From Entomortierella parvispora E1425 (lineage: Eukaryota > Fungi > Mortierellomycota), in contig BQFW01000010.1 of NCBI GenBank assembly GCA_020891255.1, positions 620,001-684,000 on the forward strand: a DNA stretch of 64,000 bases, read 5' to 3'. The notes under the pieces were generated by a model, which did not search any database, was not told where the DNA came from, and saw nothing but the letters and a program-made list of their open reading frames with translations. The translations under genes and the position numbers were made by a program. Of the stretch, positions 1 to 10,006 are shown one piece after another (position 1 is the first letter of the stretch; the number at the start of each line of letters is the position of its first letter).

Positions 1-1275
1 CCGTCTGATCCTCCCGAAGCGAATGTTCCATGGCTATTGATCAAACAAACAGTGGATATTCGTGTTAGCGAGATTGGCAGGCGACAGACAAAAATGGCAG
101 GGGATGATACCAAAAGGACAAAAAACCAGAAAACTTACATAGGATGATAAGCCAGAGCGTTGACAGGGTAGATGGTCTCGACTCCATCAACAGGTTGGCG
201 ATGGCATTTAAAGGCATACTTCTTGGCCTGACTCTCTGCACTAGGATCAAAGAACTCGACCGCAACTCTTCCCTCAATAGAAGAAGAAGCATAGCCGAGA
301 CCATCCCGCATACAACGGACCATCCTTGTCTGATACTTGAGCGAACTCTCCCGACGTTGAAGGGTCTCGTTCATGTTTCGGAGATCATAAATAAACACCA
401 AGCGTCCTGCCATCGCCACCACCAACTTTTGATCACAGACATCCAACGAAAAGATCTTTTCTGGTTGTTGGTACTTGCCCAGGTTATGTCCATGCTCCAC
501 GCCTCCTGCACGATGATCCCAAGTGCCCACTGTCTTGTCCCAGGATCCTGTCACCAAAAAGTCTACAAATGAAAAAAGACAAGGGTTAACATTTCGGACG
601 TAAAAAGAAACGTAAACGTCTCTCTTGAACCAATGACACAACGATGGTGGTAATGTAAAGAAACATACTGTTGGCGGTACTATAAGCGACTGCTCGGACA
701 GCATCGTCATGCGATCCCAGAACAGTTCCCTTGCCAGTTGCAAAGTCATGCCTAAAAAAAATCCCCCAAATGGTTCCAACAGACGGGTTAGTTCAAGAAC
801 TCCAAACGTATCGTCACATTTCTCCCTCGTCTTGATGATATGTTGCGTCCTGAATGGGTCCAACTTACATCCTGACAGTCTTGTCTAATCCTCCACTATA
901 AGCCTCCATGCCTTCGCCAAAGCAGCAATCAAGGACGGCGGCATCGTGATAATATTTGGACAATTGTTGGTTTTTGACAGTATCATACAGGGCAACACTC
1001 TAAACAGACAGAGAATACAAAAACAAAAGAAACAATTAGATCCATGTAATGAGAGCGAAATGGGCCATAGTTGATGTCATGACCTCCAAGTTTGCTGCAT
1101 TCCTGCTCCGTGTTGCAAGATCTACTCCGGTAGCTGAAAGATTCTGTCCAGTCGAAGTTGCATTCTGTACCTTGTCCCAGGACGAGACCATCAGCATCTC
1201 GGGCTTCGAGGGATGAAAGACCACCGACGAGATGGTGTCATTTGGTGGTTCAAAGAGTTCGTATTCGGCTGCCAT
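1..1275 (-). CDS. BUB3: Spindle checkpoint WD40 protein Bub3, multi-exon, 3' end runs off the window
   Basis: Spliced reading MAAEYELFEPPNDTISSVVFHPSKPEMLMVSSWDK|SVALYD...GGLDKTVR|MHDFATGKGTVLGSHDDAVRAV|...SSIEGRVAVEFFDPSAESQAKKYAFKCHR...YPVNALAYHP|IHGTFASGGSDG. GT-AG introns seen, e.g. donor 1170 and acceptor 1000. The YAFKCHR motif favours Bub3 over Rae1. Confidence 0.93.
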
Positions 1276-1456
1276 GGCTGATTGCTGTAAAGTTGTCCAG
1301 TAGTCGAGGTTAATGGTTGGTCAAGGCTCGAGCAGAACAATGACGGGCGATGCAAAGTGCGCGATCTGAAGTAAGCCGCTGAGGGCTTCTGTGACGTGTC
1401 TTTCATGATTCTAAAATTGGTGGCGCATCATTTATTTTTGTAAATTCACTGGCAGC

Positions 1457-3793
1457 TCAAGTGGTCTTCTTGCCCTTGGCTTTGCTCTCTTTTGGTACAA
1501 CGACGTCAAAATCCCTCATCATGAGATTGAAGAACGTTCCAAAGAACATGGCAATAACCGTGCACGTCAGCGTGATCACATTGTAGGGCATACTAAAGTC
1601 GGGTGTCGGCAGACTGACAAGCAGTGTCTCAGTGTAGACACGGATCTTGTCCAAGCCCTCGTCTTCTGATCCTCTAGTGCTGTTGAACCGGCTTTGAACC
1701 TGGCTAGCCTCCCGCTCCTGGTATATTCTCAAATGATCGAGACCTCCGTATCCAATCTGTCCTTGTTGACGAGGCAGCTCTGCCGTGATCACAGCACATC
1801 CTACATCGAATCCTCTGTTGGCATCGGGTGGATATTCCGTGTACTTCAAAAAGACCTTGTCAAACGAGATTGAGAATTTCACTAGAGATTTGGCAGGGAG
1901 TCTTAATGCCATTTCCAGAACCGCGGGCCTGCCTCGATCCACTGCTGGCTGATAAAACATCTTGGAGACCAAATCTATCATAAGCGATAATATAAGAGTT
2001 AGAAAACACGTTCTTGATATATTCAAAAGAGAAAGGAAATCATCATTCGTACCTCTTTGGTTGTCTAACGTTTTTCCGTTCAAATCGATAGTAAATGTAT
2101 GCAGGTACAACTTCAGATACCAGGGCAAGGTATCCAGGTAGACTGACTCTACATCCTCTGAATTATTGTTGTGAATCTCAATTGATAAGCCTCCACGCTC
2201 CTGGCCATATCCTGTAAAGTACCGATGGGCAACAATGCCAGGGGTGATCGGACGCACTATATAGCGTAGAAAAATGTCAGTCCCTGTGTTAAACGCGGGC
2301 GGTCTCCGCTTATATTTGAAATCATTCAGCCTGATCATGTAAACGTACCAGATTTGGGTCTTGCATTCTCCCATTGCATTGAAAGCTCAAAAGGAGAAGA
2401 GTTTGCGCTGACGCCTGAGATATCATAGACTGCAATCTCCTGCTTGTCTTCTTCTGATCCGATAAAGTGTGTTCCCTTTGCAGGCGCAGGCGTGAGTGCG
2501 TACTGGTTCTGGTAATTGGTTGTCTGAGGCAAGTGAAGAACAATCTTGGATGTAGATGCCAGGGGGCATGCCTGAGTGATCTCCCTCTCAAACAATCCAA
2601 TAAGTGTCCAGTCGTGGCTTCCATCGTGACGAGCAACATCAAACACTGTGGTGATCGACTGCACCAACTCCAAGCTTTTTACTCGACAAAGCTCATCCTA
2701 AATGAAAAAATTACCAGAATAAAAACGTTAGGAGGCTGTGACTGGGCGAAAAATATACGTGGCAGAAAAATAATGGTGCCATCCTTCCCATGGACCATAC
2801 CTCGCAGACAGGTCGGACGTGGATTGACATTGAATAGAATCGCGAGTCGAACAGCTTGTGTGATTTCAACAGCGACGCAATTCCCGCCTTTGTTTTGCAC
2901 GGCAACAGTTTGATCCAAGGCGTCAGGTTCTCTGTGCAGACGTTCTCATGAGGCAATGATCCATAGCGCAGTCTCTTTGTATCAGCTGAGGAAGCATTGA
3001 CGTTGGAATGAACATTATATAATCCCTCGTTCCTGAAAGACAGCTTGGGCTCTGTCGTGATGGTATCGTCAATAAAGTTGAGGGAGGCGCAAAAAAGTCC
3101 AGAGAGGGTGTTGGTCAGCCCTTTCCAGTTCAAGTCCGTCCTATTGTTGTTTTGTGGGTGCAGTGATTAGGATCCTTAGAAACAAGATCAGATCAGATCC
3201 TGAGATATCCATGATACTTACTGGCCCTTGTCATCGTTCAGCCACGCCCAGAGCTCGACGCCTGTGCCCACAGATGGCGCGAGCGGATATCCCCAGTCGC
3301 CATATTGCCACCGTCCTTGCGTAAAGGTAAGATGAAGTTCCTCGACGTCAAAGCTGTGTAGGATTTGCCCAATGGACCGAGGGAACAGGTTGTAGTGTGT
3401 AACTAGCGCAGAAGGAGACAAGCCAGGAGACAAGCCAGGTCGAGATGATTAGTCACCATCTCTACTGTTTCCATGCTCAGCCACGATGATCCCATGAACA
3501 ATTCATCAGTCAACCCCAGTTTCAACGGATTCCACTTCTAGAGTTGTCTTACAGAGATTAGATGCCGCGCCATCCAGATGTTGCTCGTCCATCATGGTTC
3601 CAATGTGGGTTGTAAATTGAAAGTGGCTGTAGACGCTTCCATCGTTCAGAGGTTTGAGGACAAGTTCTTCATGGAATGCCTCGGGTGCCTTGAGGATGGG
3701 AACAGAATCCTTCGTAGCCGCCGCAGGGGCTGTGGTCAGTGCTAGCAGTGCGACCGAGAGGGTCAGCACTGTGGATACCGAGGTGTGTCGCAT
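1457..3793 (-). CDS. GPI16: GPI transamidase component Gpi16/PIG-T, multi-exon
   Basis: Signal peptide MRHTSVSTVLTLSVALLAL, then FHEELVLKPLNDGSVYSHFQF, GWQYGDWG, W..LTNTLSGLFCASLNFID, LPHENVCTENLTPWIKLLPC, and C-terminal YTETLLVSLPTPDFSMPYNVITLTCTV plus a TM helix and KKTT tail. Confidence 0.95.
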
Positions 3794-4354
3794 GAGTCGT
3801 CCTTTGTCGGTGCGGTGTCCAGACAGTGATGGATGGAAAGAATGAAGAAGGGGATTGAGCATGCATGTGGAACATGCGCCCACAGCCGCCAATCTGCTCT
3901 GTGACTGTGGTTGTTTGCACGCGCTGGTTCCTGATTGCGGTTAGGCGGGTGGACACGACACGAACCAGGCGCGTGCATGGTGCTCTTTCTCTTGGCGCAG
4001 ACGTGTTGCCAGCATTGAACTTTTGGGTGCGTCTGCTCCTCAACCTCACTGCTTCATCGTCTTATTGATGCCAGATCCTTGATTGTCGAAACGAGTTTGC
4101 TCTGGTGTTGCCAATTAGGGCCAACCTTGACTTTCGATACCCAAATGCATGCACGCCACTCCTCAACCACAAAAACAAAAGGCAAAGCAAACCATGGCTT
4201 TTCCTCGGCCGTGGGACGGACAGATTTTTTTCACTCTTTCACTCTTCCACCCCTCCTCTATCTTGCCCTTCTGCTTCTCCGCCCCTCCTCTTCACTGTTT
4301 TGAGTAACTGCACTCCGTAAATCAACCCTTACTTGTCATCGATAATCAAACATC

Positions 4355-7300
4355 ATGGAGGAGACCCTGACGTTAAACTCTGCCACCATCACCGCTGGGG
4401 CCAAGAATAACAACACCACTGCCATCGACTACCCTGATACTTCAGCTAACGAACAGGCCTACGTCAGCTTGATACACACCTTGGATGGACTTGGGTAACA
4501 GCGCCAGACATACTAGAATTGAAGCAGCGACCGTAGCCATGATATCCACCTATCTAACTCGCTATCTCTTCCCATGACCGGCAATATAGTTTGGAGGGTC
4601 TAGCTGAAAGAAACCCAACTACCCAGTATAGCGTTGGTCAAATGTACGAAAATGGCGATAAGCTTCCGCAGAGCTTCGCCAATGCCATGCAATGGTACAT
4701 GAAGGCCGCCCGCCAAGGAAGCGCCCCGGCGCAAAACTGCGTCGGGGTTTTATATCGTGACGGAAAAGGTGTCTCGCAAAACTACACCACCGCCAGAGAG
4801 TGGTTTTTCAGAGCCGCCGACCAAGGATATGCCCCAGCTCAGTTCAACTTGGGGCTGATCTACCATCACGACAACGATCCTAAAGCTATGGAGTGGGTTA
4901 TGAAGGCCGCTAATCAAGGACACGTAACGGCTCAATTTACTATTGGCTCGATGTACTATATTGGTGACGTTGTTCCACAAGACCGGTCTAAGGCCATGGA
5001 ATGGTATCTGAGAGCATCTGACCATGGACATGCAATTGCTGAGTTCAGCATTGGCGCAATGTACGATAATGGCGAGGGTGTTGATCAAGACCATTACATG
5101 GCTGCCGAGTGGTATTTGAGAGCGGCTCACCAAGGGCACGCTGGTGCCCAGTACAACCTAGGCTATCTCTATCAACATGGAAGAGGCGTCCCGCTAAACG
5201 TCTCCAAGGCTCTAAAGTGGTACATGGCGGCAGCGAACCAAGGACTCACTCAGGCTCAACGCTATCTGGGAGTCCTGTATCACGTTGGTGACACTGTTCC
5301 ACAAGATAAACTCAAGGCTCTGGGATGGTATATGAAGGCCGCCCAGCAAGGCGACGCGAGCGCTCAGTTCGACATTGGCACGATGTACGACGACGGCGAT
5401 GGTGTTGTTCAGGATCTCTGTATGGCTGCCGAGTGGTACTCCAAGGCGGCTAAACAAGGATATGCCAGTGCTCAGTATAACTTGGGCTTTCTATTTCAAC
5501 ATGGCAAAGGCGTTCCACTGGATACCTCCACAGCACTACAGTGGTATACGAAGGCAGCTGATCAAGGGAATCCTAACGCCTTGTTTTGCCTAGGTGTCAT
5601 GTACTACCTTGGTAGAGACACCAAAAAGGATCTCACCAAAGCCCTGGAGTGCTATCTCGCAGCTGCTGATCAGGGACATGCTGCAGCTCAGAATTACGCA
5701 GGCTGTATGTACCATGATGGCCTTGGAGCACCAATAGATTATATCAAAGCTAAAGAGTGGTGGCTGAAGTCAGCTGGCCAAGGATATGCTTCTGCACAGA
5801 AAAACATTGGCAAGATGTACCAGTCAGGAGATGGTATTCCGAAGGATTATCAGAAAGCGATGCAGTGGTATTTGAAGGCATCCGATCAAGGATACGCGCC
5901 AGCTCAGTTCAATATTGGCGCGCTGTACCAGTTCCGTATTGGCGTTCCCAAAGACATCCAGAAAGCAATGGGGTGGTACCTAAAGGCTGCTAATCAAGGA
6001 TATGCGGGCGCTCAGTACAGCTTGGGCGTGCTTTACCGTGACGGCAAGGGTGTTCCCCAGGACCATCAGAAAGCAATGGAGTGGTACCTTAAGGCTGCTG
6101 ATCAAGAACATATGCGCGGCCAGTACAGCTTAGGCGTGCTATACCGTGACGGCAAGGGTGTTTCCAAGGACTATCGGAAAGCAATGGAGTGGTATCTAAA
6201 GGCCGCCGATCAAGGACTTGCGGCTGCTCAGAACAGCATAGGCGTGTTATACCATGACGGCAAGGATGTTCCCAAGGACTATCAGAAAGCAATGGAGTGG
6301 TTCCTAAAAGCCGCCGATCAAGGACATACAGCTGCTCAGAGCAGCATAGGCGTTCTATATCAAAACGGGAAGGGTGTTCCCAAGGACTATCGGAAAGCAA
6401 TGGAGTGGTACCAAAAGGCCGCCGATCAAGGACATGCCATTGCCCAGTACAACACAGGCGAATTGCACTATTACGGCAACGGTGTTTCCCAGGACTATCA
6501 GCAAGCAAAGGTGTGGTACCTAAAGGCTGCCGATCAAGGACATGCGGGCGCCCAGTACAGCATAGGCGTGCTATACCGTGACGGCAAGTATGTTCCCAAG
6601 GACTATCAGCAAGCAATGGGGTGGTACCAGAAGGCTGCTAATCAAGGATATGCGAGCGCTCAGTACAGCATGGGCGTGTTATACCGTGACGGCAAGGGTG
6701 TTCCCCAGGACTGTCAGAAAGCAATGGAGTGGTACCTAAAGGCTGCCGATCAAGGACATGCAGCTGCTCAGAACAGCATAGGCGTGTTATACCGTGACGG
6801 CAAGGGTGTTCCCCAGGACTATCAGAAAGCAATGGAGTGGTACCGAAAGGCTGCCGATCAAGGACATGCGGTTGCCCAGTACAACACAGGCGAATTGCAC
6901 TATTATGGCAATGGTGTTTCCCGGGACTATAAGCAAGCAAAGGGGTGGTACCTAAAGGCTGCCGATAAAGGACATGCGGGCGCCCAGTACAGCATGGGCG
7001 TGCTATACCGTGACGGCAAGAGTGTTCGCAAGGACTATCCGCGAGCAATGGGGTGGTACCAGAAGGCTGCTAATCAAGGATATACAGGCGCTCAGTATAG
7101 CATGGCCGTGTTATACCGTGATGGCAAGGGTGTTCCCCAGGACTATCAGAAAGCAATGGAGTGGTACCTAAAGGCTGCCGATCAAGGACATGCGGCTGCT
7201 CAAAACGAAGTAGGCGTGTTTCACCAGAACGGCAACGGTATTCCCCAGGACTATCTGAAAGCGATGGAGTGGTACGTAAAGGCTGCCAATCAAGGATATG

Positions 7301-7488
7301 CAGGCGCTCAGTACAACATCGGCGTTTTATACCGTGACGGTAAGGGTGTTCCTCAGGACCATCAGAAAGCAATGGAGTGGCACATGAAAGCTGCCGATCA
7401 AGGATACCTGCTTGCTCAAAATGAAGTAGGCGCGTTACAACAAAACGGCGAGGGTGTTCCCCAGGACTATCAGAAAGCAATGGAGTAA
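4355..7488 (+). CDS. Sel1-like repeat protein (27 repeats, last one truncated); predicted exons 4355-4494 and 4590-7488
   Basis: 965-aa ORF of 36-aa units AQYxLGxxYxxGxGVPQDYxKAMEWYxKAAxQG. The upstream ATG at 4355 joins in frame through a GT(4495)..AG(4589) phase-2 intron with a CTAAC branch site. Confidence 0.9.
4615..7488 (+). repeat. 108-bp coding tandem repeat array (Sel1 units), nearly identical at DNA level from about 6004 onward
   Basis: Recurring block ggcgtg.tataccgtgacggcaagggtgttccccaggactatcagaaagcaatggagtggtacctaaaggctgccgatcaagga at 108-bp spacing. Confidence 0.95.
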
Positions 7489-7692
7489 TGATCAAGGGGA
7501 CGCGGGTGCTCAGTGCAGCATAGGCCTGATGCACCAACATGGTTGAGGTCCTCCCCGAGATTACAAAACAGCTGCATGTAGTATAAACAGGTTGCTGACC
7601 ATGGAGACACCAATGCCCATAGAAAACTGCAGGCCATGAAGGGCTCAATTTCTCAGCTATTGACTTCTGTTGGAAAATGGACTTCGTCCTAA
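7489..7692 (+). pseudogene. Decayed out-of-frame remnant of the last two or so Sel1 repeats and the original C-terminus
   Basis: After the TAA the sequence reads DQGDAGAQCSIGLMHQHG*GPPRDYKTAA, then in a shifted frame *YKQVADHGDTNAHRKLQAMK...SS* (TAA 7690-7692), overlapped by AATAAA. Confidence 0.7.
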
Positions 7693-7724
7693 TAAATACG
7701 AGAGTTGCATTTCATGCTTTTGTG

Positions 7725-7870
7725 TAGACAACTTGAGAGCTGATGAGCTTCTTCTGGAGCAAAGTAAAGACAACCGCCAAACCTGTCCCCACCGATGACC
7801 TCGTTGATGTCTTCACAGACCAACCACCTACGAAATTACTCACATCGTCGATAAGCGTTTATTTGTTCGC
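7725..7870 (+). pseudogene. Possible Crinkler N-terminal (ubiquitin-like) domain relic
   Basis: Across frameshifts reads RADEL/FWSKV...PVPTDDLVDVFTDQPPTK/ITHIVDKR, resembling the recalled CRN-NTD consensus AdeLtLWkV...ptddLsdVF..qPpkktIHIIVqRP. No intact ORF. Confidence 0.4.
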
Positions 7871-8468
7871 CAGGAAGAAGAAGATCCCCTCGTATCGCGC
7901 CCTCGGCACAACGTTCCGGGAACCCAGTAAAACGCGGCAGCCAATTAGCAATGATCCCTCAAGAAGCTTACCGAAAATCCTCAAAAACGTGCTTTACCGA
8001 GGCTCAATTGCTACGTGGATTGAGCAGAGGGAATAAAGGGCTCAATTCCCCGTCTTCGCCCTCGTCACTCTCTCCGCCCTGTTTGCCCTTTTCGCCCTCT
8101 TCGCCCCGTCTGCGGTCAACCCAATGAGCATGTATTTTTTTTTCTGTTCGTCGGATGAGTTCAAAGAACGACAGCGCTTGGCGCGCTTTTAGGTTCAGAA
8201 TATCGCATCCAGGGCCCAATAAAACAAACATCCTTGACACGTTCGTTTTCCTTTCGTCTCGTTGACAAGGTCAAAGGGACATAACGCCCTCCTCCCTTTT
8301 GGGGCGCTTTAACAGTATCCGGCCATTAGATCCAAAAAGAACAACCTTACCCGGCACTGAATGTTTACAGCGTGAAATGACGAATACACTTGGCACGTGT
8401 GCTTTTTCAGTAGTCCATGCCAACTGCCATCCAGAGCTGCATCGATGGTTACCATCCGAATAGGAACC

Positions 8469-8475
8469 TATAAAA
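8469..8475 (+). promoter_or_regulatory. TATA box of the small secreted peptide gene
   Basis: TATAAAA about 85 nt upstream of ATG 8560, followed by a pyrimidine-rich leader. Confidence 0.55.
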
Positions 8476-8559
8476 GGAACCCTGTTTCGCAGATCCATAT
8501 TCTTTTTTTTTTATTTCAACAGCACTACTTCCCACACTACCTCCACTTTTCTCTCCAAC

Positions 8560-8923
8560 ATGAAGTTCACCGTTACCCTCGCCATGATGGCTGCCGTTGC
8601 CATCGCCCTCATTGCTGGCTCCGCCGGTACGTCCAGTAGTTCACTCTTCACTCTTTCAACAACATCCCTTCTTTCGGTGACTGCAATAGAATCGCTCTTT
8701 TGCAATCTCACAAGTCATTTGGATAGCCATTGGCCTTTGCGTGCACAATCTCTTGTAAACTAAACTACGGCAAACACATTTGTTCCTGTGGATATTAGAG
8801 GCCAGAACCCGTGCTGAGTGCACCCAGGATTGTGGAGACGCGTATTTCAAGTGCATCAAGACGTCTTCTAGCAAGACCTGCAACATCGAGAATGCTCAGT
8901 GCATCAGCGACTGCGACGGTTAA
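8560..8923 (+). CDS. Small secreted cysteine-rich peptide, 63 aa; exons 8560-8626 and 8799-8923
   Basis: GTACGT donor at 8627 and TAG acceptor at 8798. Spliced product MKFTVTLAMMAAVAIALIAGSAEARTRAECTQDCGDAYFKCIKTSSSKTCNIENAQCISDCDG* has a hydrophobic signal peptide, an AEA cleavage site and 6 Cys. Confidence 0.85.
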
Positions 8924-9036
8924 GGCCTAGCTGCATCTGACCTATATCAGCGAACAACTACGCCTTGCGTACTTTAGCGGTTTATGTTGCTTGGCAGCCT
9001 CTTTTCGTAGCCGTGAGACTCTGGTTGCCCTTTTCA

Positions 9037-9070
<34 letters not shown>

Positions 9071-10006
9071 CCAGACCGAGACCACATGTGGAATCTAAAG
9101 AGACGTCTAGATCCTCTCGGACAGTAATAGAGCGATGGCAGTGTGCTTCAGTACCATGCGACAATATCACCCATAACCGGGCGTCCAGTTTTGTCACCTG
9201 CAGGGAATGGCCGTCTTGGTAGCGCCACTACAACCTGTGCCTTGCCACCAAATCCGACATCACTCCACAGAAGAATCACTCGGTGTGCCAGTATGACAGT
9301 AACACAACGATATCACGCGACCACAACCCCGCTCCTTCCGCGGATCTCTTGTTGCGGTACCTCTGCGAAGGGTCATCAACATAACAAGAAGGAAGAAGAG
9401 TATCCTTATTGCTCCTGAACGAGAACATAGTGCAAAGTGACAGAAAATGAAATCCTCTTGCTTGATAAAAAAAGGTCCACCCGACCAACTCGATAGTGAA
9501 ACCCTCGACATGCAACACCTCCTGATATTCATCACCGGCATCATGTACTAATCTAGGAAACTCTTTGTTCTTTTCCTGTATCTCCTCTTGCTATCCATTT
9601 TTTTTTTTTTTGATGTCTGTCCCTTGAAGTAGCCTGTCATGTTGTTTGATTCTCCCGTTTGACGTTATCCCACCCTTAACTGAACCCAACCTTTCTGTAC
9701 AGTCAACCCGAAGTTTTTGGCCACAACTCTGTGTTTCTTGAGACTTTTCGAGGAACAAACTGGTAACTTTTTGGCGCAAGTATTGGCACTGGATTGTGCA
9801 GAAGAGAGATGCGCCAACAAATGCGCCAATAAGTGTGCCACAACTGACCTTTCGCAACAGAGTACTCGTGGCGACGTTGCTGTACCCTTCCACCTAGGCC
9901 CCTCCGCCATGGCATTTTATTTGAATTCTGAAATTAATAGGTATATGACAACTGAGGAGAGCCAACCCTCCATTGCAGTACAAGAAGCATCCACGCGGCC
10001 AACAGC

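Noticed and set aside
135-863. 242-aa ORF taken as a complete protein, or an apparent frameshift in BUB3
   Set aside because: It fuses intron and exon sequence; spliced reading gives a continuous Bub3 frame.
4750-7648. Several antisense and alternate-frame ORFs with repeated QPLGTTPLL motifs
   Set aside because: Shadows of the 108-bp Sel1 repeat; the periodicity explains the lack of stops.
9042-9067. Long poly(A) runs here and at about 37617-37643, and poly(T) at about 38007-38028, as possible retro-insertion tails
   Set aside because: No TSD or adjacent retroelement sequence; homopolymers are common in these intergenic regions.
9100-9990. Short ORFs between the peptide gene and the NLR as a second secreted peptide
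   Set aside because: No signal peptide, Cys pattern or splice model found.
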